Of a DNA stretch of 64,000 nucleotides, positions 26,223 to 41,204 are shown piece by piece (position 1 is the first letter of the stretch; each line of letters begins with the position of its first letter). Source of the DNA: the human T2T-CHM13v2.0 reference genome, Homo sapiens. Location of the stretch: assembly GCF_009914755.1 (NCBI RefSeq), contig NC_060929.1. One strand, given 5' to 3'. Position numbers and translations under genes: made by a program. Below the pieces are notes generated by a model. It was not told the DNA's origin and did no database searches. It saw nothing but the letters and a program-made list of their open reading frames with translations.

Positions 26223-28359
26223 TCTAGTATGCAAAATTTGTCAGTCTTGATTAATTGTAATGCTAGTCCCTAAAATCGGACTCTGGCACTAGCAGGTATT
26301 CTATACACAGTTTCTTATTTAAGAAAATAATGAATCCTACTGCATACATTCGACTTTCCTCCTATGATTTGGTAGGCATATACGTGGAGCCAGATATTCA
26401 CCAAGCCTAGAATTATTTTTAATATAGTATCCTTTAAAATCAATATTTTCTAGTCACCATCCTTCTTCTATCTATAAGAACAATTCCTAGTACGTATTTT
26501 AATTAACTATAATGTATATTGTGCAATAATTTAATTTCGACCTATGTCTATTATTGGGCTATGCTCAGCGTCTTAGTCTGTCAGTTTGCTAGGTATGGCT
26601 AATACTATATCAAATATTTCAATGATAAATTCTTAGATGTTTATAAAATTATTGTGCTTCCAAAATCTGAGCTTCAATAATTAATAATAATAATCTGAGG
26701 TACAATAATAAAATATAAATAAGTACATGTTTACCAGAGAGAAAGGCATATCCTAGACCAAAAAAGGATTGATCCAATGTGAAAGAAAACAAAAATAAGT
26801 TGGTAAGAAACAATGTAAAAAAAATCTTTAAAAAAAACACAAATATCAGAATTAAGTTTCATTTTCAACAAAGAAGCAAATAAAAAGTGGGAATAGAAAA
26901 TATATTAAGAAAAAGATATTTTTCTCTTATTCCTCCATTTAACTTCCTCTCAAAATTATTAGGAAAGAGGGTAAGTTCTGCAATAGGTAAATGATACCCC
27001 AATAAAACTGATGTGAGAAAAGACACTGTGAGAGAACTTAATGTTAGAAGATTAAAGTCTAAAAAACCTAATGCAAGTGAAATATGGATGAAAATAAGTG
27101 CAAGAAAATGGACAGCAACGTCTCAGATGACAGAATTTCTTTTTGATTTTCCTCCTAAGAAGGAAAAATGGTAAAGAAAATAGAAAGCTGTCTGTCTCTG
27201 AAAACTAAGTCAGAAAATTGAAGAGACAGAAATAGCTAGGCAAGGGTCATTTAACTTCCACTTTAACTTTACATATGAAGGAAGCGGTGGAGGATTCAGA
27301 GGAAGATCCCTACTGATGAGAAAATGATTTGGGACCAGTGGACACATAGTGAAGCTTCAACTATGTCTAGATCAATAAGGATCTAGAAAAAGTGGCATTA
27401 TTTATGGATTTATAGTAGCTTCTGGCCAGATTAGGTGACACCGAATGAGAAGGCAGAAGAATCAAGAGAAAGAATGTCAGCTGAATGGGAGTGATTCCCT
27501 CTAATGTAAACAGGGATTGGGAAATAATTAAAAATAGATTTCATAAGGTCTTTCTGTTGTGCATGTCCAGCAGGATAAATAAAGGAATAAATAAATGCAA
27601 AATGTTTGATTTTATGTCGTCAAAGCCATTATCAATCAAAGGAGAAAACTTTCCCTGCAGTTGTAAGAAATTGTTTAGCTTCCCGGGAAAGCAGTCTCCA
27701 AATTTCCCTGGCTCTTTAAGTGACAGTGCTTCAAAACAGGATGTGGCAAAAAGAGCCCAATCAAATTGATTCTAAGCATTACATGCTTGGTGAAAGTTAG
27801 AGCAAAATAGCAGAGTTCATTAAAGGGCAAGTGTCACAAACATCTATTGACTAACTCAGTCCTTGAAACAGAATTCCAAATTGAGATATGGAATTGCTTG
27901 GACTAGATCGTTCCACATCTTATCTTAGAAAAGCCATTCAAGTATCCACCAGTGCAGATGTCATGAATTTCGTGTGGGCAAGGGCTCAGATGTAGAAAAG
28001 TACTTTTTTTTTAGTTATTCTTGGTTTACCAAGAGTGGGAAGAAGTGACTTGTAAAATGCCCACGTGCAACCTGGGCATGAGAATTGAAAATTTGTTATG
28101 TCTACCACTATTTACACCTTAAATGAAATGGAAATGAAGTGCATTTAAAAGGGGAGAAACCAAACTGATCTAAAGTTTGCTAAGTGTTATATTGAAAAAC
28201 AAATGAATAAACACTGTTTTCACGATTTCACTGTTGGCTCTGTTAACAATAGCCAATAGATTTGGCTATTGTTATTATTCTTACGTATTATGTTTATTAA
28301 GCACCCAGAGTGTTTCCAAAATATTGTGAAAAAAGCTAAGCAAAAACCAAATAAGAAGA

Positions 28360-28600
28360 ATAATGGTTGTTAATATTCATGACTTTCCACCATGTGCTGC
28401 TCGCTGTGCTAGAGCCTTACATAAATTATTTTATCTACTCTTTACCACCTTCTGAAGAAAAAATATTATTTACCCTCTTTATTCAGGAGGAAGAAACTAA
28501 GGTTTAAGATTGAGGAAACTGTTCAAGTAAAATGCTGGTATTTTTTTTATCTTAGCTCTAGTGAATTCCAAAGTGCATGACTTTTTCATTTACCCACAGT
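28360..28600 (-). mobile_element. MIR SINE relic
   Basis: catgtgctgctcgctgtgctagagccttacat...gaaactaaggtt. Confidence 0.6.
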
Positions 28601-28674
28601 ACTCCTTAAAGAATAAGAGTTAAAGAAAAATAAGACTATTTTTGCCCAGAATCCCACAGTCTAGTTGGTGCAGT

Positions 28675-28737
28675 TGGTGTGTGTGTGTGCATGTGTGTGT
28701 GTATGTGCGTATATATATATATATATATACACACACA
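28675..28737. repeat. compound (TG)n(TA)n(CA)n microsatellite
   Basis: Directly visible. Confidence 0.9.
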
Positions 28738-28809
28738 ATATAAACAATATAGCCCACATTATATGAGCATGTATACAAGTGCCATGGAAAATTAGAGGAC
28801 ACATAAAAA

Positions 28810-29570
28810 CTAATGGCTCTTTAAAGCTAAAAGCAAATAATTAACATCTGAATTGAAAAATAAACAAGCTATGAACAACCAGTTTCAAAAGAAAGAAAAA
28901 TGGACAATAGATATATGTAATAATGTTAGAGCCCACCTGTTAAAAAACAATTCATACTCAATGTTAATGACATTTTTTTCAGCGCTCACATTACTAAGCT
29001 CTAAAGCATGCTAACACTGAGAGTAATAAGCATTCATAACCTGCTTAGAGTGTAAATTGCAATAATGTGTGGGGATGATGGGGGCAACCTGTCTTTTGTT
29101 ATATTTAGCAATACTATTCAAAATGCTTATACCCTTTTTCCAACTAATTTCACTTCTATTTACTTAAGTAAAAAAAAAACAAATATAAAGTTTTGAGTAT
29201 AAGGATGTCTACTAAAGAATTTTTTTAAAAGCAAAAAATAGGAAACAACCCAAATGTCCCACTCAAAATTTAAAAGTTAATTAAATCTATGTTCAAATAT
29301 AATGAAATACTCTATAGACATTAAAGTGATGTTCTTAAGAAATATTCAGGAAAATAAGGAGAAACACATTTTATTAAATAAAAAGCATTATATAAGATGG
29401 ATGTATCTTCTGATTCCAATTTATATTCATATATATTTATATATTCATATATATATATATGTATGTAGTATAAATTCATCAATATAAACATTAAATGTCA
29501 GGAACTTCATGCAACAAAATGTTAACAGTGTTTAGGAAATAAGATTCTGTATAATTGTTTTGTTAATATT
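28810..29570 (+). mobile_element. old L1ME-like 3' relic
   Basis: ggaaacaacccaaatgtccc...aatgaaatactc L1 3' motifs. Confidence 0.55.
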
Positions 29571-30856
29571 GTCTACTTTTATTCATCCTTTAGATCTTAA
29601 CTATATATTTATTAAATTATCAATTCAACACTCACTAAATTACTTTTATTTAATTATTTAATAAGTAGTAAGTGAGAAAGGAATCAAGCATAATATAAAA
29701 GCTAAAGTATCCCAAGTAAGACTTCATGGAAAAGCCAATTTCATTTGGAGCACCAGGAATGCTGGCTAAGATACATAAAAGACCATGTAGAGAAAGGCGA
29801 TATTTCAAGAGAACAGGAACAACAAAGACAATATTGTAATAAGTGTTTATGAGACTGAGAACAGATCAGCCCAGGAAGAAGATAGAAAGAGAGCACTGAA
29901 TTTGAATAGTACTAAGATTATAATCAATGCAATCTCTCTAAATAACTACATAAGTGAACAAAAGACCTTAGGAAAGAAGAGTTCAAGAGTCATCACCAAG
30001 GTAACCTGTGCCCTTCTTTACCCATTCACTCATTGATTCATTCATTTAGAAAATATCTCAAGCACCTATTATGCTCCAAGCAGTGTTCTAGCTGCTAGAA
30101 AATATGAACAAATCAAACTGAGGACCCTACCTTTATGGAGCTTGCTGCCTAGAACAGAAATAATCTCACAAATTTTCTTCTACCATTTATTTCCTGAGTT
30201 CCACTCAAAACCCCAAAGATATACTGAAATCTTGTTCTGTTAAAGTTGTGATAAAATAATCAATTTCTTTGAAAATGGTCTATTAACTCAATGGAAGAGA
30301 ACTTCAAGTTTCATCATGTAAAACAAATGACTAGGATCTGATGTTGCTGTCTGGTGTACTTTAACCTCATCTAACTAGTCCCCACTATATCTTCCTGTAG
30401 GACTCTTAGATACAACTTACTTCTCACTTGTCTCCCAAGCAAACCACACCCTTCCAGTGTGAACTGCCCTTTTCTGAACTCTACCTGTCACACACTACTC
30501 ATCTTTCACAGCCATATCAAATGTACTTTCCTAGAACACTCACTCACACACAGTTCTTCACTCATCTTTACTCCTCAGGCTTATTACTTATAGAGCTTAT
30601 ACTTTACTTCCACCCGAGAGCTCTGCAAACCCCTGTATTCACAAGTATTACTGTATTATATAATTTTTCCCATTCAGTGCACTGGAGAATAAATGAAAAA
30701 ATTTAAGTTATCCTATAAGACCTTTAAAGATTCTATAAACACAGGATTAAAGTAATTTATAGTACTATTAAAATAAATCTAGCTGGACCACCATCTGAAG
30801 CAGCTTCATCAACTGACTTACTCACTCACTTATTCATTCATATTATTAATATAGAG

Positions 30857-31122
30857 CAGTGCTTTTCATGCTAGGAGTTACAAACCATTAGTGAATCATA
30901 AAGTCAATTTAGTAGGTCACAATCAGCATTTACAAATGAAATAGAAAACAAAAAATTAGTAAAATATCAGAGTATATGACATAAAGGAAAGTATTGGATT
31001 ATGGAAGTTTTGTTTCAGTGGTGGATGTGCGTGCGTGCGTGCGTGCGTGTGTGTATTAGATTGTAAAAAGGAGCAATTTTTTTTAGATGGGCCATGGATT
31101 TTTAAAAACACTGAAAACCACT
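30857..31122. mobile_element. hAT-Charlie-type non-autonomous DNA transposon relic containing a (GTGC)n tract
   Basis: Termini cagtgcttttca ... tgaaaaccactt form an imperfect inverted repeat. Confidence 0.5.
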
Positions 31123-32097
31123 TATATAAAGCTTGTGGCACAATCCTGTCGTATATCCAAATTTATGAAGGGATTTGACATGCTACTTCTTAAATTATTC
31201 CAACATTTCTATATTCTATAAAGAACCAGCATTTTTTTAGACTGCTTCACTTGCTCCTCACACTCATTATAAGCACTACAGCTGGATTTTTTTTCAAATA
31301 TAAAGTTTTTATCACTTCATGTGGCATTAGGGCCATGATGAGATATAGATACCGAGATATCAGCTTTGCTGATTAATGATCTGTTTCTTTTCTCACATCA
31401 ACCCCAAAGCCTGAGCAATTCGATTCATGCTTATGCAAAATAATAAATTATCCTGGTCTGTGAAACTTCAGTGCTTCAGAATGGTTGCAACCACAAATAT
31501 TAAATTTGTCAAGATGTCTTGTAGATCTTGTCAAATTATTCTCATAATGTGGCCACATGGGCTGCAAATGAACCCATTCGGGGCAAAAGAACATGCATGT
31601 TTTATATTTACATACCTAGCCATGATCATTACTGGCTCATAGTGAGTGCTTAGTGTTTCTTGAACAAATTCCACTTGGGAGGGGTCCAAAACGAAAACAA
31701 AAGGGATTAGAAATATGCTTTTTGTGCTTTTCAGCTGAAGAATTTGGTCACCATTATTGTTTAAATATTTTTTAATTACCATTACTAATCTCTTGATTGG
31801 CAATACCTAAAAATTTATGAAACTAATTTGAAAAAGCTAAAGTCAGAATACATCTTCCTATCATCCACTGTCTGTATAATTCCTTTGCCATCAATCAAAT
31901 CCTTTTTTTTCCCCAAGTCCTTTAATCTTGGCAAAATAAGGAAAAATGGCCTCTGAAACATTTTCTTCAGTAAAATGGTGTCTTAGCACCACACATCAGA
32001 AACTTCAGAGAATAAACCACACTTAGGGTGAGAAGGAAGGGCGGTCTTGTTACAAGTTAGCTGCCACATTTTAAGGCATTGCTATGCCTTAGACTCA

Positions 32098-32340
32098 GAG
32101 GCACAGTGCAGTTATTGAGAACTGGAACTGTGTACTCAGAAAAACCTGGGCTTGGTTCCTGCCTAGTTCTGTACTTCCAATTGTGTCACCTCTGTAATTG
32201 AAATAAGTACTGCAACTACATCAAAGGGTACTTGCAAGGATAAAATCAAACACATCATGCAAATTGTGTAGCATATTTTCTGGCATATAGTAACTCTGTC
32301 ATATAGATAGCTATTATTTTATTATAATTACTATTATTGC
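32098..32340 (+). mobile_element. MIR SINE relic
   Basis: cctgggcttggttcctgcc...tgtgtcacc...tggcatatagtaact. Confidence 0.65.
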
Positions 32341-33660
32341 TGTTTGATTTTTTACACATTTTAATTGATGTAAAATAGTTGTATATATTTGTGGGATACA
32401 GTGTAATGTTTCAATGTGTGTATACATTGTGTAATGATGAAATCAGGATAATTAGCACATCTATCACTATTTCTTTGTAGTGAGAACATTTGAATTTCCG
32501 TCTTTTAGGTATTTTGAATTATTCAACACATTATTGTTAACTATAGTCCCTACTGTGCAATAGGACACTAGAAATTATTCCTTCTATCAAATTGTAACTT
32601 TGTACTTGTTAACCAATCTCTCTTCATTTCCTCCTTCCCTCTACCCTCTCCAGTCTCTGGTATACACTGTTGTATTCTCTACTTCTATGTGATCAACTTT
32701 TTATATTCCACTTTTGAGTGAGATTATGCAGTATGTGTCTTTCTGTGTTTGGCTTCACTTAACATAATGTCTTCCAGGTTCATTTATGTTGTTTGATTTC
32801 ATTCTGAAGAGTGTTTAGTATTCCATTTTACCATATTTTCTTTATTCATTCATCTGTTGCACTGTAATACTAAGCATTTTTACAATGCTTAATATTCCAT
32901 TATGCTATAATGGAATTGTAAGACTGCTTAGTATTCCATTATACCGTATTTTCTTTATTCATCTCTTAGTGGACATTTAGGTTGATTACATATCTTGGCT
33001 ATTGTGCATAGTGCTGCAATAAATATGGGGGTGCAGATATCTCTTTGACTTACTGATTTAACTTCCTTTGGATGTATACCCCATAGTGAGATTGCTGGTT
33101 CATATGGTAGTTCTACTTTTAATTTTTTGAGGAATCACTACACTATTTTCCATAATGACTTACTAATTTACATTCCCACCAATGGTGTTTAAGAGTTCTC
33201 TTCTCTCCACATCCTAGCCAACACTTGTTATCTTTTGTCTGTTTGGTAATAGACATTCTAACTGGAGTAAGATTATGTCTCATTGTGGTTTTGATTTGCA
33301 TTTCCCTAGTGATAAGTGATGTTGAGCATTTTTTCTTATACCTGTTGGCCATTTGTGTATCTTACTTAGAGAAATGTCCATTAAGTTCCTTTGCACATTT
33401 TGTAATTGGATTATTTGTTTTTCTTTTCCTTTCCTTTTTTTTTTTTTTTGGCTATTGACTTGAGTTTCTTATATATTTTAGATATTAACTCCTTGTCAGA
33501 TGTATCATTTGCAGATATTTTCCTCTATTTGCTAGGTTGTCTCTTCACTTTATTGTTTCTTTTTGCTGTGCAAAAGCTTTCTAGTTTAATGCAATCCCAT
33601 TTGTCTATTTTTAGTTTTGTTGCCTGCATTTTCAAAGTGCTAATTTAAAGATCTTTGCCC

Positions 33661-34046
<386 letters not shown>

Positions 34047-35404
34047 TCAAATTCATTCCAAGTTGATTTTTGTATATGGTGAAAGACAGGGGTTCAGGTT
34101 TATTCTCCTGCATGCGAATATTCAATTTTTCCAGCACCATTTATTGATGAGACTATTCTTTTCCCAATGCATGTTCTTGTCACCTTCGTAGAAAATCAGT
34201 TGGCTGTAAATGCCTAGATTTATTTCTGGGGTATCAATTCTGTTCCATTCATCTATGAGTCTGTTTTTGTGCCAATACCATGTTATTTTGGTTATTCTAG
34301 CTTTGTTGTATATTTTGAAATCAGGTATTGTGATGCCTCCAGCTTTGGTTTTTTGTTTGTTTTGTTTTGCTCAAGATTGCTTTGGCTATTCTGATCTTTT
34401 GTAGTTCCTCACCAGTTTCAGGATTTTTTTTCTTTCTGTGAAGAATATCATTGATATTTGATATTTTGATGGACATTGCATACAATCTCAAGAATGCTTT
34501 GGATATTAAGGACATTTTAACAATATCAATTCTTCCAATTAATGAAAACAGAAATCTTTCCATTTGTTTGTGTTCTCTTCAACTTTTTTCTTCAGTATTT
34601 TATGGGTTTTAATGTAGAGATCTTTCACATAATTGGTTAAATTTCTCATTAGATGTCTTATTATTTTCTAGTAATTATAGATGGAATTGTTTTCTCAATT
34701 ACTTTTTCAGATAGTTCATTATTTGCATATAAAAATGCAATGGATTTTTGTGTGTTGATTTTTATCCTTCAACTTTACTTAGTTTCTTAGTTTATTAGTT
34801 CTAACAAGGTTTTTTTTTTTTTTGGTTGTTTTGTTTTTGTAGAGTCTTTAGGGTTTTCTCTCTCTGTATGTATATCTGATCATGCCATTTGCAAACAAGG
34901 ATGATTTAACTTTCTCCTTTCTAATTTGGATGCCTTTGATTTCTTTCTTCTAATTTTTAGCCTGATTGCTCAGGCTTGCATTTCCAGTAGTATGTTCAAT
35001 AGAAGTGGTGAAATGAACCTTCTTTGTCTTATTCCAGACCTTAGAAAAAAAAACTTTCAATTTTTTTCTGCTCAGTATGATATTAGCGGTAGGTTTGTCA
35101 TATAGGGCCTTTATTGTGTTGAGTTATACTTTCTATACTTAACTTGTTGAGAATCTTTATCATAAAGAGATGTTACATTTTATCAAACGCTTTTTCTGCC
35201 TTTATTGAAATGTTCATATGATTTTTTCTTTCATTCTGTTAATGTCATGTGTCATGTTTGCTGATTTGCATATGTTTAACCATCTGCATTCCTGAGATGA
35301 ATCGTACTTGATCACAGTGGATGATCTTTTCCGTGTGCTGTTGAATTTAGTTTGCTATTATTTTGTTGAGTATTTTTGCATCTATGTGCATCAAGAATAT
35401 TGGA

Positions 35405-35551
35405 GGGTTGGGTGCTGTGGCCCACACATGTAATACCAGCACTCCAGGAGGCTGAGGCACAAGGATTGCTTGAGCCCAGGAGTTCAAGACCAGTATGATT
35501 TTATAGGAAGGCCTCTACTTCTACAAAAAATAGAATAAAATAAAATAAAAA
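35405..35551 (+). mobile_element. FLAM (free left Alu monomer)
   Basis: Monomer with ggattgcttgagcccaggagttcaagacc; TSD aagaatattgg (35393) / aataatattgg (35552). Confidence 0.85.
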
Positions 35552-35569
35552 AATAATATTGGCATGTAG

Positions 35570-35875
<306 letters not shown>

Positions 35876-38800
35876 TGTTTTTCTTATTTTAATGGTTGTT
35901 CTGTCCTTTTCTGGTTTGTTATCAGGATAATGGGGCCTCTTAGAATGAGTCTGGAAGTGTTCCCTCCTCATCAATTTTCTTAAGTAGTTTGAGGAGAATT
36001 GGTATGGGTTCTCCCTTAAATGTGCAATAGAATTCGGCAGTAAAGCCATCAAGCACTAAACTTTCCACCAACAGAAGACATTTCAATGTCCTTACTTGTT
36101 ATTAGTCTATTCAGATTTTCTATTTCTTCATTATCCAATTTAGAAAGGTTATACATGTTCAAGATTTTTTCTGTTTCTTCTAGGTCACCCATTTTGTTGG
36201 TATATAAAGATTCAAAATGGTCTTATAATCCTTTGTGTTTCTGTGATTTCAGTGGTAATGTCTCTTTTTTCATCTCTGAGTGTTTCAGTCTTTCTCTTTT
36301 TTCTTAGTTGGCCTGGCTAAAGGGTTGTCAATTTTGTTTATTTTTCAAAAAAACAATTCTTTGTTTCATTGATTTTTTGTCTCATTATTTTTGCTCGTAT
36401 CCTTAGTATTTTCTCTCCTTTCTTAATCTTGTGGTTAGTTTGTTCTTATTTTTCTAGTTTCTTGAGGTGCATATCAGGCTATTTATTTGTGATCTTTATT
36501 CTTTTATGGTGCAGGTGTTTATTGCTATAAACTTTTTTTAAAACTGCTTTTGATGTATCGCAAAAGCTTTGGTACATTGTATTTCTATCTTCATTTATCT
36601 CAAGAAATTTTTTAATTTTCCTTTAAATTTATTCATTGATCAATCAATTATTCAGAAGCATATTGTTTAATTTCCAGGTATTTGTAACTTTTGAAATTTC
36701 CTCCTTTTGTTGATTTCTAGTTTTATATTATTGTGGTCAAGAAATAGACTTAAAAATATTTTGATTTTCTTAAATTTGTTAAGACTTGCTTTGTGGCCTT
36801 ACTTATGATCGCTCCTGAATAATGTTTCTTGTGGTGACGAGAAGAATACGTATTCTGCAGTTGTTGGGTTAAATGTTCTGTAAATGTCTATCATGTGTAT
36901 TTGGTTTATTGTGTGATTAGCTGACGTTTATTTAAATGTCTAAATGATCCATCCCTGCTGAGAAGGGATTATTGAAGTCACCCAGCACCCAGCCCTCCAA
37001 TATTCTTGATAAACATAAATGCAAAAATACTCAACAAAATAGTAGCAAACTAAATTCAACAGCACATTGAAGAGATCATCCACTATGATCAAGTGAGATC
37101 CATCCCAGGAATGAAGGATGGTTAAACATATGCAAATCACTAGATGGAATAGGATGTATTGCATTGTGTATCTCTCTTTTATATCTAATAATTGCTTATA
37201 TATTTGGGTGTTGCAGTGTTAAATGCGTGTGTTTACAATTATCATAACTGCTTGTTGGATTGACCCCTTTATATTTATATAATTACTTTTTTCTCCTTTT
37301 ATAGTTTTTAACTTAAAACTTAGCTGATGTAAGTGTAGCTACTCCTGCTGTCTTTTGGTTTCCAATTGCATAAAGTGCTATTTTTCATTCCTTCACTTTC
37401 AGTGTATGTGTGTCCTTATAGGTGAAGGGAGTTTTTGTAGGTAGCATATAGTTAGATCTTGGATTTTTATCCATTTGGCCACTCTCTAAATATCTTTTAA
37501 TTGGAGAATTTAATTTGCTAACATTCAACATTATTATTAATAATTAACAACTTACTCCTATTTGTTTCCTGGTTGTTTTGTAGATCATTTATTTCATTCT
37601 TCCTCTTTTTATTATTTCTATTTTTGATTTGATGGTTTCCTATGGTAATAAGATTTGATTATTTTTTTCTTTTTTTCATTGTATATGTGTTGTGATTATT
37701 TTCTTTGTAGATACACTGGGGCTTAAATAAAAACCTTAAGTTTATAATGAGTATCCTAAACTAATAACAACTTAATTTTGTTTGTATACAATTAGATTTT
37801 TCCCTTTCCCCAAATCTATAATTTTGTTGCCTTAATTTAGATTTATATTGTGTGTGTCCCTTAACAACTTATTGTAGATATAATCATTGTTGATCATTTT
37901 GACTTTTAAACTTCAAACTGAAGACTAAAAAGATTTGCCACCATTTCATTAATTAGTGTTGAATTTGATTATGAGTTTATCTCTAATAGTGAGGATTATG
38001 CTTTCATACGTTTTCATGTTAGTAGTTACTATTCTTTTGCTTCAGACTGAAATACTCTCTTAGGCATTTCTTGTAAGAGCAGTTTTGTGGTGATAAATTT
38101 CCTCAGCTTATGTTTGGGAAAGACTTAATTTCTCCTTAGTTACTGAAGGATGGCTTTCCTTGGCATGGTATTCTTGGCTGAAAGTTTTTTTCTTCTTCTT
38201 GTTTCAGTTCTTTGAATACATTATACTCTCTCATAGCCTACAAGGTTTCTGCTGAGAGATCTGCTAATTGTCTGCTGGAAATTCCCTTACATGAGACTTG
38301 ATGGTTTTCTGTTACTACTTTTAGAATTCTCTTTGTCTCTCACTTTTGACAGTTTTATTATAATATGCCTAAAGAGAACCTCTTTGGGTTGAATCTATAA
38401 TGGGTCCTTTGAGACTCATGGATCCAGATATCTCTCTCTCTCTCGCAGTAGTTGGGGAGCTTTTAGCTTATTTTGTTAAATAAGCTTTCCATGCTTTTCT
38501 CCTTTTTCTTCTCCTCCCTCTGAAACTCCTATACTGCCAACATTTATTTGCTTAAGCTTTATTTATTCTTTCATTCCTTTTTTTCCTCTTTTCCTTTGAG
38601 TGAGTTATTTTAAAAGAACTGTCTTCAGGTTCAGAAATTATTTCTTCTATTTGATCTAGTCTGCTGTTGAAGCTATTATATTTCATTTGTTGATTTCTTC
38701 CATTCCAATTTTTAAAATCTATCTCATTTTTGAATTTATTTTAGGTCATTGACTCTTTTTCTGGCATTTTTGAATTGTCTGTCTGTATTCTCTGGCATCT

Positions 38801-40320
38801 TTCTGAGTTTTCTTAAGATAATTATAATTATTTTTGAATTCTTTTTCAGGAAATTCACAACCTTTATCTGAGATCAGTTACTGGAGAATTATTTTGCTTG
38901 TTAAGTAGTGTCATATTTCTTTGCCTTTTAATGTTTCTTGTGTCCCTGTGTTGATATCTTTGCACCTGGTTAACTGGTCACCTTTTCTTTACATACAGTG
39001 GCTTTCAAAGAAAAAGACTTTTACCTACAGATGTGTCTAGGGTATCAGTTTGGTAGGGTATGTTGGCTTTGGGTCCAGCTGGATGTAATAGTGTAATTTC
39101 CATGCAGTTTTTTCAGCTGTAGTCAACTCAGTGAAACCTGGGAGTGCCTTAGTGATCTAGACTATAAGAGTTAGTGTGGCTGGTCCCATGGCTTTGGGCA
39201 GGGACCACCTGGAAGCAGCATGCCTGGCTGGTGGGTGCACTGGTGGCACATGGGATCCAGTCCACAGGCTCAGGATGGGGCCCCTTTGGAATTGGCATAC
39301 CTGGCTGGTGAGTGTAAGTACATTAGGTCTGGTCTACAAAGAGTTTGGGGTTCCTTGGAAGTGGTTCACCCAGCAGGTGAATGATACTGTGGTGACAGCA
39401 ACTGATTCACTGGCTCAGGTTGCGACTCCCCTGGGAGCAGTGCACTTCACTGATGAACCTACCAACTGTGTCTGCAGCTAGTTCAGATTTGGCTTCTCTA
39501 TGGAGCAGGATCACCTGTTCCTTTGGTGACAGGGTGCCATATGGGCTCCAGTGCTGGGGCGCTGGACTTAGGCTCTGGACTTAGGACTTAGGATCAAGGT
39601 GATGCATTCACTAGGATATGTAAGGCAGAGGACCTTGTAGGCAGTTTGCTCTGAGGGTGTAGGAAGCTGTAGCAGTTTAGCAGAAGAATGATGCATTATC
39701 ATGTGTGAACATGTTATAATGGCAGCATAGCATCTAGAATGAGATGCAGTAGCTACTGGCTCCCAGAGCAGGATGTGTTCTAGCTGTGGCTCTAGTTTCA
39801 AGATAGTGCTGTACAGTTGCAGCTTGGGTCATGGGGGAAAGGGAGGACAATGTGGGTTCCTTTACTGGGGCAGTCCAGTTGCATGGGCACAGGGAATTTT
39901 TTTAAACTGGGCTCAGGGATTCTGGAGACTGCAAGATTCTCCAGTAGCAAAGACTGCAAATGTCCCCAACATTAACGAGAACTGCTGGGGCCTTCAGCTT
40001 ACTTTTTCCCCAGTGAGTGAAGTGTCTTCTTGTTCTGAGCTAATGTCATCTGAGAAGACATTGCGGTAGAAGCAGGTTATTTTGTTTTCTTCTATATGTC
40101 AACCTTAGTTGCACAGGTTTTTTTCTTCTCTTCCTCCTGTACCCCAGTGCTCTCCTTCAAACACTCTAGTTTAAATATAGTTGTTTGTTCATTGTTTTGG
40201 TCATTTTTTGTGGGGGATATGGGCCTTAGGCTTCTCTAGTCGGCCATCCTATTCTACCTCCCTCTGTGCTATGAATTTAACTGTGATCCTAGCCAACTTC
40301 TTCTTTAAGCCAGTCTCAGA

Positions 40321-40404
40321 TGTATATATGCAATTTTATGTATATAGTGTGTATATATATATATGTGCAATTATATATGTATATATAATATATATGCAAT
40401 TATA
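40321..40404. repeat. degenerate (TA)n-rich low-complexity tract
   Basis: Directly visible. Confidence 0.8.
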
Positions 40405-41204
40405 ACTATTAGCATTTCTAAAACCTACTTTTGTAGTTGATAGTATTTTTTGTTTAGAGAGTGTGTCTACCAGAGTATACAAAATATACTCAGAAGGAAG
40501 ATTCCACTGAATCAGGAGCTTCTTTGAAAACAAGAGAGAAAAAAGAAAAAAAAATAGAGAAAAATTAGCAAAGGTAGCAATAATCATCCTCAAGGAATTG
40601 GTGTAGTTTCCAAGTATTAAATTACTGCAAGCAAGATCTTCTTTACTAGGAAAAAAAAAATGTGTTACAGCAGAATTGGAAAATGGAAAAGCAAACCTGG
40701 TTAGCTTTATTTCACCTAAAACAAAGTAAAATGTAAAAACAGCAAATTGGGTCAGTTTTCCAAAAGTTCATTACAGTTTAAGGTCTTCCCCTGCCTTTTT
40801 TAACTTTTTAATGGGCTGAAGTGCTGGCCCTAATCCTTGGGGGTGGAAAAAAGTATATGTTAATGTACAGATTTAGCCCTTAAACAGTAAGTGAGTTTTA
40901 GAGGCAATCTCTATGGTGGTCTAATTGTCTAGGCCTTAGAATGACTTTCTGGGAAGAGAGACAGGGAGAAGTAATTTGCATCATGCCTGCCAGGCACCAG
41001 AGGGAAGGTTCTTTGAATACTAGCTCACCTGCAGCACAAGACTTCCTAAAGGGAAATGAAATTTCTTTCAAGCATTTTGTTAACTGTCTCATCTGTGTCT
41101 TTTCTGGGAAATTTCAAAGAGGGATGCAACACATCAGGTTACAAACTCAAATACTTAAAAAGGCTCGGCAGATAAGCAGTTTGGTATAAATAAAAATAAT
41201 TTAT

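Noticed and set aside
27000-27500. Purine-rich stretch suggestive of a decayed processed pseudogene
   Set aside because: No sustained ORF, recognisable protein motif, poly(A) or TSD; would need BLASTX or Dfam.
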